A DNA stretch of 64,000 bases from a virus. The notes beneath the pieces were generated by a model that did no database searches, was not told the DNA's origin, and saw nothing but the letters and a program-made list of their open reading frames with translations. Location: positions 1 to 64,000 of IMG/VR virus record IMGVR_UViG_3300042860_003408; one strand, 5' to 3'. Below are positions 18,066-28,196 of the stretch, one piece after another (the stretch's first letter is position 1; each line of letters starts with the position of its first letter). The translations under genes and the position numbers were made by a program.

Positions 18066-19492
18066 TGCAAATAAATTTTTATAAATCAAGTACGACCGGT
18101 CTGTTTATTCTTGATGATAAAATAGTTCCAGCTGGTTCATTCTCTATGAACATACAAGGAGGTGGTTCTATACAATTTTACAGACCAGATGGCTCTACGG
18201 TATTTGAACAAAGTATACTAATAGAAGATGTATTAGATGAGTCAGGGGATTCGTATGCAAGCATAAGCGCTTTAATAACAGCTGTAGCAGATTTTTTCGT
18301 TAAGGCCTCAGGCGGTGGAGGCTCAACAATAGAACTCTCTACATCGCTGACAGAGACAGTTCCAGGCAAGGCGCTAGACGCAACTGTAGGAAAAACACTT
18401 AACGATATACTGATTACTGCTCTTAAGGACGGATCATCTGCTGTTTATGTAAAAGGCGAAGGCTCCAATATCCAAAATGCAGCAGAATTACAAGCTGTTT
18501 ATAATGCAGCTAAGACAATGTCTCCAGCATTAGGAAATAAGATTACTGTAATAATAGCTCCTGGTAAGTATGAATTTGGTGCGACTGCATTTGTTCATGA
18601 TGCACCTTATATTGATTTAGTATCACTTACAGGTGAAGCTGATGTGTTTATAGGTAGTACAGAAGAAAATACAGAGTATGATTATATTTATGGAATAAAA
18701 GTAACTGCTGATAATACGCTTTTAAAGGGTGTTAATTGTGGTAGTAACACTTTTTATATAGCCGATAGTCTTGATTACTTGACTTGTACTAATTGCATAG
18801 GCGGTTATCTTTCATTTGGGAGTGAAGGTACTGTTTCAGGTACATTCAATAATTGTATAGGTGGTTTATGTACATTTGGTAGTTATGGTACAGCATCAGG
18901 TACTTTTAATAATTGCACAGGTGGTGATTATTCATTTGGTAGTAGTGGTACTGCATCAGGTATTTTTATAAATTGTAAAGGTGGTGATTATTCATTTGGT
19001 TGTGGTAATACTGCATCAGGTACTTTTAAAGATTGCACAGGTTATTATGGTTCATTTGGTGGTTATGCTGGTTATGCATCAGGTACTTTTAATAATTGCA
19101 CAGGTGGTGATTATTCATTTGGTAGTGGTGGTACTGCTGATGGTACATTTAATAATTGTACAGGTGGTGATACCTCATTTGGTAGTAATGGTACTGCATC
19201 AGGAGTATTTAGTAGTTGTATAGGAGGTGATGATTCATTTGGTGCTTATGGAGCCTGCTCGGGTATTCTTGCTAATTGTATAGGTGGTAGCGGTGCATTC
19301 GGGTCTTTCGGCAATGCGCTCGGCACTTTTAATAATTGTATTGGTGGTACTCAATCATTTGGAAGTTCAGGAGAAATTACAGCAACAGCACGACTTTACT
19401 ATTGTAAATCAGGTAGTACATTTCCAACTCCAACAGCAGGTGGTAGGATTATATACTGTATAGACGGAACAAATGCAGCAGTAAATATTTAA
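18065..19492 (+). CDS. Tail-associated beta-solenoid repeat protein (candidate receptor-binding protein)
   Basis: Fibre-type 'LTETVPGKALDATVGKTL' motif, 'VIIAPGKY', then about 10 tandem 20-aa repeats (ASGTFNNCTGGDYSFGSSGT). Confidence 0.65.
   Translation: MQINFYKSSTTGLFILDDKIVPAGSFSMNIQGGGSIQFYRPDGSTVFEQSILIEDVLDESGDSYASISALITAVADFFVKASGGGGSTIELSTSLTETVPGKALDATVGKTLNDILITALKDGSSAVYVKGEGSNIQNAAELQAVYNAAKTMSPALGNKITVIIAPGKYEFGATAFVHDAPYIDLVSLTGEADVFIGSTEENTEYDYIYGIKVTADNTLLKGVNCGSNTFYIADSLDYLTCTNCIGGYLSFGSEGTVSGTFNNCIGGLCTFGSYGTASGTFNNCTGGDYSFGSSGTASGIFINCKGGDYSFGCGNTASGTFKDCTGYYGSFGGYAGYASGTFNNCTGGDYSFGSGGTADGTFNNCTGGDTSFGSNGTASGVFSSCIGGDDSFGAYGACSGILANCIGGSGAFGSFGNALGTFNNCIGGTQSFGSSGEITATARLYYCKSGSTFPTPTAGGRIIYCIDGTNAAVNI
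18780..19380 (+). repeat. Tandem ~60-bp coding repeat, about 10 units
   Basis: The units are visible in the DNA; 18893-18943 and 19076-19126 are identical over 51 nt. Confidence 0.9.
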
Positions 19493-19513
19493 TAACATAT
19501 AAAATAAAACAGT

Positions 19514-19843
19514 ATGAAAAACTTACAATCAACAACGGAAAATAATTGGGTAGAAATTAAACAAGTAACACTAACCCAAGAAGAAAAGGAATTGCTAAGA
19601 AGTACTTCTGAAACAGATAAAGTAGTTAAAAAAACTTTGATGGATAGAATTAAAGCAGAAAGAGAATTAGTAGCTGATGAAGCTGATGTGGTTCTTGCTC
19701 AAGCTGCTTATGATTCAATTAAGCCTGTATTAAAAGAAGGCGATACTTATCAATTAATTGCTGTTAATTTTACTATTGATAATGGTGTCAGAGGTATCCT
19801 TAATTGCAGGGTCAATGATGGACACATTCAAAAAAGATTATAA
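19514..19843 (+). CDS. Hypothetical protein (possible fibre assembly partner)
   Basis: 109-aa ORF directly after the repeat protein. Confidence 0.6.
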   Translation: MKNLQSTTENNWVEIKQVTLTQEEKELLRSTSETDKVVKKTLMDRIKAERELVADEADVVLAQAAYDSIKPVLKEGDTYQLIAVNFTIDNGVRGILNCRVNDGHIQKRL

Positions 19844-19852
19844 TAAATAGTT

Positions 19853-20536
19853 ATGGCAGGAAATCACGGGTTTGGAACTCTAAACCCAACAGAAAAAATA
19901 GACGTTGTCGGCAGAATAAAATCATCTATAAGTGTATTTGCCGGTAATGATACTGACAGGGCTCAGATCGACACTGATGGAGTGCATTTATATGGTAACG
20001 CTACACAATGGGATGATGATAATCTCGATCCAACTACACTTACTGGAGGCGGCTCTGCTCCCTCTAGAATACTATTTGCAAATACAACAATTGGTATAGC
20101 TGCATTCTCTCCATCGCAAACAGATGAAGTCGAGGCATGTAGAGAGATACCACATCAAGCTAAAATAAACTCAGGAACTGGCACAGCTGTAAAGATATCA
20201 TTTCACTGTCATACATACGCGACTACCACATCTGTAGGCGATGTTAGACTTGGCCTTGAATACTTCTTCACTAAAGAAGGTCAAGCAGTCACGACATCTA
20301 GTATAACATATAAAACATATACTACAAATGGTACTGCGTGGTCAAAACAATCTGTAGCATTTAATGATATAGTAGCTCCAAATGAATTAGGATCTCAATT
20401 TCACTTTAGATTCTTTAGGCTTGGTGCAGATCCTCTTGATACATATGGATCTAATGTAGCAATAAGCACTATAGGTTACCACTACGAAATAGATAGCCTT
20501 GGAAGTGACTTAATAACAACTAAGCAGGCAGCATAG
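19853..20536 (+). CDS. Hypothetical beta-rich protein, probably tail fibre related
   Basis: N-terminal 'GFGTLNPTEKIDVVG' is a common fibre repeat; C-terminal domain contains 'FFRLGADPLDTY'. Confidence 0.55.
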   Translation: MAGNHGFGTLNPTEKIDVVGRIKSSISVFAGNDTDRAQIDTDGVHLYGNATQWDDDNLDPTTLTGGGSAPSRILFANTTIGIAAFSPSQTDEVEACREIPHQAKINSGTGTAVKISFHCHTYATTTSVGDVRLGLEYFFTKEGQAVTTSSITYKTYTTNGTAWSKQSVAFNDIVAPNELGSQFHFRFFRLGADPLDTYGSNVAISTIGYHYEIDSLGSDLITTKQAA

Positions 20537-20537
20537 T

Positions 20538-20828
20538 ATGAGTAAGTTAAAGCAGTATATTGTTGATATAATAAATAAAGTTAGGCAACTTAAACACAAA
20601 CTATCACATGACAATCTATTTGATATCGTAGCAGGAACAGCTCTTGCGTTTGTTGGATTGAGAATATACCTAGATCATGCAGAGATAGATAAGTTGATAA
20701 TAATAGCTTTACCTGGCCTTTTCAGCTGGCTCAACGAGCTGCTTAATGTTTGGCAAGGATCTAGGTTTGGCTGGATAGATTTAGGCTTTAGGATGTTTGC
20801 AGGTATTACTTTGTATTTTATCATTTAA
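20538..20828 (+). CDS. Small membrane protein
   Basis: 96 aa with about three hydrophobic segments. Confidence 0.55.
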   Translation: MSKLKQYIVDIINKVRQLKHKLSHDNLFDIVAGTALAFVGLRIYLDHAEIDKLIIIALPGLFSWLNELLNVWQGSRFGWIDLGFRMFAGITLYFII

Positions 20829-20907
20829 AGCTCATATAAGCCACGATATATTCAATTGATACATTTATACTATATTACATAGAAAGTGGCTTAAATTGCT
20901 TTAAAAT
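20823..20907. repeat. Dispersed phased inverted-repeat element (the only intergenic copy)
   Basis: Left arm ATTTAAAGCTCATATAAGCCAC; reverse complement of the right arm is ATTTTAAAGCAATTTAAGCCACTTTC; core span 84 bp. Confidence 0.75.
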
Positions 20908-21008
20908 AGCATCTACGCTCATTCTACGCTACTAAATACATTAGTTACAATATGAAAAGGACAACTAAGAAATCTGGGTGCAAGTCGCCTAAAAAATGAT
21001 AATACATC

Positions 21009-21650
21009 ATGAAATATAATACTATTAACACAATAATAGACGATATATTACTTGAAATAAATCGAGGGAATATATCTGAGAGTGAGCAGCTATCTAGGAA
21101 TCAAATAGAACAGTGGATTATCCAATATAGAGCCGTTCTGCTTAAGCAAGATATAGATAAGAATAGGGATATAAACAACCAATATATCCAATATCTAAAC
21201 AGCGTTGAGCTGTCTCAACATAGAATAGGGGTAGGTAGAAATAACGTCTTAAAAAGCACTACTACTATACCAGAAACTATAGACTTCCACTTTAGAAGCG
21301 GCATAGTTGATGTAAGAGATTCTTTTGGCAATGAGATACAATTCTCAACAGAACGAAGAGCTATGATACAGCAAGACAGACGATATACATCATCAGAATA
21401 TATATCATATATTAAAGGTAAATATATTTATGTATCTGGTCCTGGATTAATTGAAAGTGTAAATGTAGCATTAATAGCTGTTAATCCATTTGATATATCT
21501 GGATTTAGTGCAGATGACGTATATCCGATGCCTGCAAATATGATACCTCCAATGAAGGATATGATAATCCAAAAAGAGATTAGGCATATGCTAGTTGCTG
21601 ATGATACAAATAATGCTAAGGATGACACAAATATACAAGCCAACAAATAA
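21009..21650 (+). CDS. Tail ring protein (crAss-type)
   Basis: 'TINTIIDDILL', 'QIEQWIIQYRAVLLKQ', 'YPMP' and the terminal 'DDTNNAKDD'; position in the tail block. Confidence 0.7.
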   Translation: MKYNTINTIIDDILLEINRGNISESEQLSRNQIEQWIIQYRAVLLKQDIDKNRDINNQYIQYLNSVELSQHRIGVGRNNVLKSTTTIPETIDFHFRSGIVDVRDSFGNEIQFSTERRAMIQQDRRYTSSEYISYIKGKYIYVSGPGLIESVNVALIAVNPFDISGFSADDVYPMPANMIPPMKDMIIQKEIRHMLVADDTNNAKDDTNIQANK

Positions 21651-22083
21651 AATACTTACTGAGACTGACATGTATGTAGAGTTCAAAGAGTATATTGGAG
21701 CAGGCAAAAGATATAAAGTAACACTGAAGATTTTTAGAGATATACTTAAGGATTATATGAAACATATATCTAGTACTATAATCGACAGGGGCGCAATCTT
21801 CACTCCACTATACTCTGTTGGGTCTATATTTGTTGGGAAAAGAAAGATAACTAGACATGTCAGAGAAAGGCTTAGAGTAGACTTTAAGGCTACAAAGGAT
21901 TTAGGCAAGACTGTACTTCATTTAAACGAGCACTCAAATGGGTTTAATTATATGTTTAGATGGAGAAAGAAAGACTCTAGAGCTGCATATGTCAATATGT
22001 ATGAACTAATAATGTCTAGACAAAATAAAAGAGAACTGGCGAAATCAATAAAAGAAAATAGAACAGATTATTTAGAATACTAA
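21595..22083 (+). CDS. IHF/HU-like protein of the crAss tail block (start uncertain)
   Basis: Basic protein with 'VDFKATKDLGKTVLHLNEHSNG..Y.FRW' and 'R.NKRELAK.IK'. Confidence 0.7.
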   Translation: MLMIQIMLRMTQIYKPTNKILTETDMYVEFKEYIGAGKRYKVTLKIFRDILKDYMKHISSTIIDRGAIFTPLYSVGSIFVGKRKITRHVRERLRVDFKATKDLGKTVLHLNEHSNGFNYMFRWRKKDSRAAYVNMYELIMSRQNKRELAKSIKENRTDYLEY

Positions 22084-22084
22084 T

Positions 22085-23026
22085 ATGATTTATAATACAA
22101 TTAGCGTTATGCAAGTTATATCAAAAGTACTTGCTGACCTAGACATAAAAGAAGATCCACAGCGCATAGCAGATATGATTGAATGGGCTAGCGAGGCTGT
22201 CGAAAAGATAGGCTCAGTTAAGCAGCTAGAGAGAGCAGTGTCTGGTGTAGATGGAGAAGAATACCTAGAGATAAAGAATAGCCAAGCGAAATTACCGTTT
22301 GGCCTTTTCCGTTTAAATCAAGTAGGTTACAGCACATCAACTAATGGCCCATGGTTTCCAATGAAGGTATCACAATCATCATTCAATAAATGGTCTGAAT
22401 CAGGAACAAGCCCATACGACGTATCGGACATGGTAGTAAAAGATGCAGACATGATAGAGATGGTTAAAATACTGTATCAAAAATACGAAGAGAATCCTGT
22501 ATATGCATGGTTTTCTAAAGTAGACTATGAGAAGGCTCTCGAGATACTTAATACAAACCAGAATGTAAGAACCCTCTTGTCAAATATGATCAAGAGAAAT
22601 ACAGGAAACAATACTAAGGTAGATAATTCCAATTTAGTATATTCAATTAAACCTGGATACATAAACACCAATGTTTCGTCTGGATACTTAAAATTAAGCT
22701 ACGACAGGCAAATAACAGACGAGAATGGATTTCTAATGATACCAGATAAGCTTTCTTATATAGAGGCAGTATATTGGTATATAGTAATGAAGTTGTCGTA
22801 CCCGGAATGGAGAAGCGGAAAGATTAGGACTGATATATATATTGACGCCAAGACATCTTGGGCGTTCTATTGCAAACAGGCTTATGCTGAATCAATGATG
22901 CCAAACCAGGATGAAATGGAAACCATAAAGAATGTGTGGAACAGATTACTTCCAGATATGACTGCAGACAATGATTTCTATAGCAATATATCTAGCAGAG
23001 AAGTAGTATACAATAAAAATAGATAA
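22085..23026 (+). CDS. Tail tubular/ring protein
   Basis: 'VISKVLADL', 'EWASEAVEKIG', 'MIPD..SYIEAVYWY' and 'W.FYCKQAY'; lies before the stabilisation protein. Confidence 0.75.
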   Translation: MIYNTISVMQVISKVLADLDIKEDPQRIADMIEWASEAVEKIGSVKQLERAVSGVDGEEYLEIKNSQAKLPFGLFRLNQVGYSTSTNGPWFPMKVSQSSFNKWSESGTSPYDVSDMVVKDADMIEMVKILYQKYEENPVYAWFSKVDYEKALEILNTNQNVRTLLSNMIKRNTGNNTKVDNSNLVYSIKPGYINTNVSSGYLKLSYDRQITDENGFLMIPDKLSYIEAVYWYIVMKLSYPEWRSGKIRTDIYIDAKTSWAFYCKQAYAESMMPNQDEMETIKNVWNRLLPDMTADNDFYSNISSREVVYNKNR

Positions 23027-23028
23027 TT

Positions 23029-26000
23029 ATGCAAAGCAAAATAGGATCCGAACAAATAAATACGTTCACTGGAGGTATGAATCCAGATGTTGATGTCTCA
23101 TCATCTAAGGCTAATTCATATATACATGCAGAAAATATTCGCATATCTCCTGATTCGTCTAGTTCTTTTGGAGCAATGTCTCCTCTAGAAGATGAGATCG
23201 TTAGCTTAAATGATGCGTTTGATGAGTCTACTATAGTGCATTCTGACTCTGTTAGGGATATAGCAGTAGTGTTTACAACAGACTCTTCATACACATATAT
23301 CTATAGGATTTCTAAATCTGGAGAATCGCTCGTATCTAAGAAAATATTAAAGGTGGACTATGTTGTACAACCAAAAGTGTCTACTGTATTGAGATATGAG
23401 GACGACGACAACATTAGATTATATTGGACTGACGGAGTTGGTCAAATAAAATCCTATAATGTAGCTCCATCAAATGATAAGCCAACAATAACTATTACTC
23501 CTGAATCATCTATAAATATTATACCAGCATCAAATTTATCTGCTCCTATAATATCTGAGATAACAAGTGGCAAGTTAAATAGAGGTAGAATTCAATATGT
23601 ATATAGAGGAACTAATGAATCAGGGTCATCTTCAGTTATGTCATCTGCAAGTAAGATTGTAGATTTAAAAGAAGAAGGAACTAATGAGATATTATTAGTT
23701 GACGATGGACAGCCAAATTCTGGGCTAGGAGTTAAATTAAAGATAGATAAAACAGAGTTAACTGGATTTAACAGAATCAAATTGTATTCTATTTATTATG
23801 ATAATTACTCGTCCACTCCAAAGATATCACTAATACTAGATACAAAGGTATTGGATATCACAGGAACGCAATTGATATTTAATGACTATGGGACTTCTTA
23901 TTTACAGGAGTTAACAATAGAAGAATTCGCACAAATAGGAATTTCATTTTTCTCGGCAAAATATATAGACTCAAAAGATAATATATTATTTGCTGCTAAT
24001 ATATCTGATATAGAGTTTGATGTAGACTATGATACTAGGGCATACCAATTTAGCAATACAGAATATGAAGATGCAATCATAGTAGAGGCTGGATATGTAA
24101 GACAATTTAGTACAACTAGTGGTTACTTGTATAATGCTATAAATATAATTCCAGAAGCAGGGATGGTATTGTCTGATTTGGTAAAAGAATGGGATATACT
24201 TACTTTAATTGATGGAAATGATTCATTTATAATAGTTGATAGTGTAGATGATTTAAATTCAAGAATAGTATTTAAGAGCGCTATATACCCTAATTATTCG
24301 TCAGGCGACGATATAGAAATATCAGAAGGAGTATATGCAAAATATAGAGAAGCGACTGTATATAATTCTAATGATGCCCCGACTATAATATTTTCTACAG
24401 ACAGTATGGCCTTGGCTGATAATCACGATTGTATTCATAGAGAGATTTATGAAACTGAAAAATGGTCAGACTTAGAATATATATATAACAAGAATGGATT
24501 TCTAGGTGGAAGCGGACCAAACGTAAGTTATAAATATGTAAATACATATCTAATTGGAGCAGCAGAAGGATTAAGAACATCTACATATGAAGCATCTCCT
24601 TCAAATAAATTCATAGACGATAGGATAGTTAGATTAGGCGGAAATCAAAGCACTGTAGATAGCCTTCTGATAAACAAATCTGATGGAGCTCTTGAGTATC
24701 AGGATATATCTGAATTTGGAATTGAGGCTCATTCTGGTAAATTAGATTACTCAAACAGGCTGATATCTGGAGCGCTTCAAAGCTACAAGAGAGATGAGAT
24801 ATACAGGTTTGGGGCTGTATTTTATTCAAAAGACGGAAGAAAGACAGATGTTAAATGGATAGCTGATATACGATTTCCAGCAGGATATTTTGAAGACACT
24901 GTTAATAGATGGACTTCTTCTATGTTTGAAATGCCGGAAGACTTCTTAGCGAACTATGATGTAAATTCTACGATAAAAAATAGACTAGACAAGCAGGAAT
25001 TATTAGTGAAGCCGCTTGGAATTGAATTTGAATTTTCCAATCTAGATAGTATACCTGAAGTAGCAAAAATAGAGATAGTTAGGTGTAAGAGAGATGTTAA
25101 CAATAGGACTATATACACGCAAGGAGTCTTGCAGAAAATAGGAACATTTACAAATCCTACAAAAGGCGACGAATTATACAATGACATAAAATACTATGAC
25201 AGAAATAATTTAAACACATTAAGGCCACACTCAATCATATCTATGGGAGAGAATTATGGAATGGCACCACTGGTCGCAGATACATACACCTCTTCTGGGT
25301 TCTCAGGAGCACAAACTCTTGGTTTCAATGAATTCTACAATACAAACCCTCTTAAGATTGGTAGATTACTAGCAGGCGATTCAGCATCTATAACCATGTC
25401 TCCATATTACTCCTCAAGAACAAATAAGATGCTTATCTCTCCGGAGGTTTCGTATTACGGCGAAGATTTCGCAATACAATTAGCTAGGATTCCGTCGAAG
25501 TATTTATCAATGGAAAGAGTTGTTAGTCCAAAAATAACGCCAGCTACAAGTAATACATCTTTAAGCGGAGGAGAGTCCGTGTCATATATTGGGTCTCCCC
25601 TGCATAGTAATCTTAGGTTTGAATACGAATCTGTCTTATGGCCATCAGCAATGTATGCTGGAGCTGATTTAACAGAAGATTTAATGGCTACTGGATATAA
25701 AGATACGATGTTCTTTATTTTAGGCCTAGCAGGAATGGACGTATTGAATTCAATGACATCTGAAACGCTAGGAACAAATATAACTGAAAATGACTATAAT
25801 GAGAAGTCTTATGATTTAACTCTTTCTTCGCCATTTTTAGAAGACTATTCTCCTAAGGTACTAATATCAGGAACCGGTCTTTTGTCTAGGGTTAATTTTG
25901 GAGATATGCCTCAGCTATGGACAAATCAATATACTTATAAAAGCGGATTTCCTGGATGTGATATTTTAAATATAGGCGGAACTAGCACTAGCAAGCCAAT

Positions 26001-27705
26001 ATACGCAGAGACTGCAGATGATTTATTTAATTCAGGATACCCATCACTAACATTTAAGTTTTATTCATCTTTAAATACAAGAGACGCCAATCTTGCTGCA
26101 AATGATAGCTATATATCTGAGCTTAAAACAATAGTAAGGAGCAGTAATGATATAGAAAGTTACAATATAATGCGCAATCAGAGCGCTAGTTCTATGCCTG
26201 TGTTTAATATATTAGAATCTAGTTATGCGGCGCAGACGTCAGAAGCTGTAGCTCACCAGGATTATACTAATTCTACGTCAGTGGGGGGAGTATTATTTTA
26301 TAATTTTTCAAAATCATTATCCAGTCAAATACCTTACGTTGTAAATGAGAAGTCAGACATAATAAGGGCTGAACTATTCTGGGATGACGACAAAAATAAT
26401 AGGGCTAGCGCAACAAACATAGCTTCTCTAATAAATAGATCTAAAATATCTGGATTGCATGGAGCTGGACTTCTAATCAATACAGAAAGTGAGATTCCCT
26501 CTATATTTGGTATTGATGAGCACATGCGAAAATATAATGCAGGAACTTTAAATAGTAGATTTAGTGCATTAGAATCAAAGATAAGAGCTGGATTAACTAC
26601 ATATATTGTAGATATAAAGGCAAATAACATAGGAATCTATGGTGGTCCATCATACCAGGACAGGCAGTTCTCAGAGTACATATCTACTGGATACTATTTC
26701 TCTAACGATTCGGATGTTAAAAGCAAGGCTGTATTTGGCGGAGATACGTTTATATCAATGTTTGAATATACGATAACATCTGCAAACGATCAAACTAAAG
26801 TAGGCTCAGAAGCAATGATGAGTAAGAATAACTGGTGGAATGACGTAGTTTTATCTCAAAGTACTAGAACCGCTGCCATCATACCATTGGAAACAGGTAT
26901 AAATGTATTTAACGATGACGGTGTGTCTTTCACGGACTCAAACAATACCGTTATACAGGTGTTATCAGGAGTATATTCTCCAGGAGCTAGCCATGGCGTA
27001 AAATATAGCAAGGCTCAGCAAAAAGACCAATACAATTATGATTCAGTATTTTCATCAGAAACTACTGCAATTGGATTTACATCTGATATACTAAATGAAG
27101 AGCAATACAATAAGTACGACTGCAGGATAGTAAATTCTGAAAAGAAGTCCAACGACGAACTAGATGATTCGTGGGCTATATTTAAGCCAGCAAATTATAT
27201 AGATGTCGATACTAAATTTGGAGAAATAACTAGAATAGTAAGTCATTTTAATAAATTGTACTATTTCCAAGAAGATGGTATTGGCGTTGTCTCTGTAAAT
27301 GAAAGATCTCTTATAACATCAGACGATGGGGCTGATTTAGCGCTTGGAACAGGAGGCATATTAACTAGATACGACTACATATCTACTAGCGCTGGACTGT
27401 CTAAATTAAGCATAAAAGGGCTACTTCCAACTGAAAGTGGGATATATTGGGTCGACAAAGATAGGAATGCTATATTCAGAGTTGCTGGAGACGGTATAGA
27501 CCAAGTATCTAGAACTAAGGGAGTTCAGGCGGATATAAATAAAAGCACTGATACATTTGGAACCAGGTCTCTTATTTGGAAGAATAAAAAACATGCCGAG
27601 GTTGTATTTTCTAATTTATATATTCCTAATAGAGAGTCTTTTGGATTGATGTCAAACACAGGAGATGTCTTAGAGACAGACGATGAAAAAATAATTACTA
27701 CATAA
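23029..27705 (+). CDS. Tail stabilisation/muzzle protein (main part)
   Basis: 'NTFTGGMN.D', 'SYKRDEIYRFGAVF', 'FGGDTFI', 'FKPANYIDVD..FGEI' and 'LGTGGILTRYDYIS'. Confidence 0.8.
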   Translation: MQSKIGSEQINTFTGGMNPDVDVSSSKANSYIHAENIRISPDSSSSFGAMSPLEDEIVSLNDAFDESTIVHSDSVRDIAVVFTTDSSYTYIYRISKSGESLVSKKILKVDYVVQPKVSTVLRYEDDDNIRLYWTDGVGQIKSYNVAPSNDKPTITITPESSINIIPASNLSAPIISEITSGKLNRGRIQYVYRGTNESGSSSVMSSASKIVDLKEEGTNEILLVDDGQPNSGLGVKLKIDKTELTGFNRIKLYSIYYDNYSSTPKISLILDTKVLDITGTQLIFNDYGTSYLQELTIEEFAQIGISFFSAKYIDSKDNILFAANISDIEFDVDYDTRAYQFSNTEYEDAIIVEAGYVRQFSTTSGYLYNAINIIPEAGMVLSDLVKEWDILTLIDGNDSFIIVDSVDDLNSRIVFKSAIYPNYSSGDDIEISEGVYAKYREATVYNSNDAPTIIFSTDSMALADNHDCIHREIYETEKWSDLEYIYNKNGFLGGSGPNVSYKYVNTYLIGAAEGLRTSTYEASPSNKFIDDRIVRLGGNQSTVDSLLINKSDGALEYQDISEFGIEAHSGKLDYSNRLISGALQSYKRDEIYRFGAVFYSKDGRKTDVKWIADIRFPAGYFEDTVNRWTSSMFEMPEDFLANYDVNSTIKNRLDKQELLVKPLGIEFEFSNLDSIPEVAKIEIVRCKRDVNNRTIYTQGVLQKIGTFTNPTKGDELYNDIKYYDRNNLNTLRPHSIISMGENYGMAPLVADTYTSSGFSGAQTLGFNEFYNTNPLKIGRLLAGDSASITMSPYYSSRTNKMLISPEVSYYGEDFAIQLARIPSKYLSMERVVSPKITPATSNTSLSGGESVSYIGSPLHSNLRFEYESVLWPSAMYAGADLTEDLMATGYKDTMFFILGLAGMDVLNSMTSETLGTNITENDYNEKSYDLTLSSPFLEDYSPKVLISGTGLLSRVNFGDMPQLWTNQYTYKSGFPGCDILNIGGTSTSKPIYAETADDLFNSGYPSLTFKFYSSLNTRDANLAANDSYISELKTIVRSSNDIESYNIMRNQSASSMPVFNILESSYAAQTSEAVAHQDYTNSTSVGGVLFYNFSKSLSSQIPYVVNEKSDIIRAELFWDDDKNNRASATNIASLINRSKISGLHGAGLLINTESEIPSIFGIDEHMRKYNAGTLNSRFSALESKIRAGLTTYIVDIKANNIGIYGGPSYQDRQFSEYISTGYYFSNDSDVKSKAVFGGDTFISMFEYTITSANDQTKVGSEAMMSKNNWWNDVVLSQSTRTAAIIPLETGINVFNDDGVSFTDSNNTVIQVLSGVYSPGASHGVKYSKAQQKDQYNYDSVFSSETTAIGFTSDILNEEQYNKYDCRIVNSEKKSNDELDDSWAIFKPANYIDVDTKFGEITRIVSHFNKLYYFQEDGIGVVSVNERSLITSDDGADLALGTGGILTRYDYISTSAGLSKLSIKGLLPTESGIYWVDKDRNAIFRVAGDGIDQVSRTKGVQADINKSTDTFGTRSLIWKNKKHAEVVFSNLYIPNRESFGLMSNTGDVLETDDEKIITT

Positions 27706-28196
27706 TGAATAGCATAATATTTTCAGAACAAATAGATGCATTTTCTACATATGCCGACTCTAATCCAATTGAAGTATTCCACTTAGATGGAGATACGTAT
27801 GGGATATATGAAACAGGCGAGATAAAGAACATTAACGGCGGATATAACGTTGGAGATAATATACAATTTGTATCATTCTCTGTAAACACTAATCCGTCGG
27901 AAACAAAGGCTTTTGATAACGTAGAATTGCATTTTACAAATAACAATAGTAATCCACCGTCATATGCATGGTTTACTAATACAAAGCAAAGTAGCTTGCA
28001 ATCAACGAGCTCTGATTTCGACAACAGAGAAGGAACACATAAATTATCAATCCCAAGAGCTTCATCAGACTTATTTGCTGACAGGATGAGGGACAAATTT
28101 ATAATATGCAATTACGAGTTTATAAGAACTACGCATGATTCAAAATATTTCTCTTTGCCATATATAAAAACAAAATTTAGATATTCATCAATATAA
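27705..28196 (+). CDS. Probable C-terminal part of the stabilisation protein, encoded as a separate gene
   Basis: 'IFSEQIDAFSTY', 'KAFDN', 'REG..KLSIPR' and 'RMRDKF' resemble the C-terminus of this family; TAATG overlap with the upstream gene. Confidence 0.6.
   Translation: MNSIIFSEQIDAFSTYADSNPIEVFHLDGDTYGIYETGEIKNINGGYNVGDNIQFVSFSVNTNPSETKAFDNVELHFTNNNSNPPSYAWFTNTKQSSLQSTSSDFDNREGTHKLSIPRASSDLFADRMRDKFIICNYEFIRTTHDSKYFSLPYIKTKFRYSSI

Noticed and set aside
17501-18070. 189-aa antisense ORF over the amidase, and the many other short minus-strand ORFs over + strand genes
   Set aside because: They are shadows of well-supported genes, with Ser/Leu/Ile/Phe-rich composition and no motifs.
18780-19380. 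CRISPR array or DGR template/variable repeat pair
   Set aside because: The repeats are in-frame coding units with no unique spacers, the differences are not confined to adenines, and there is no reverse transcriptase in the window.
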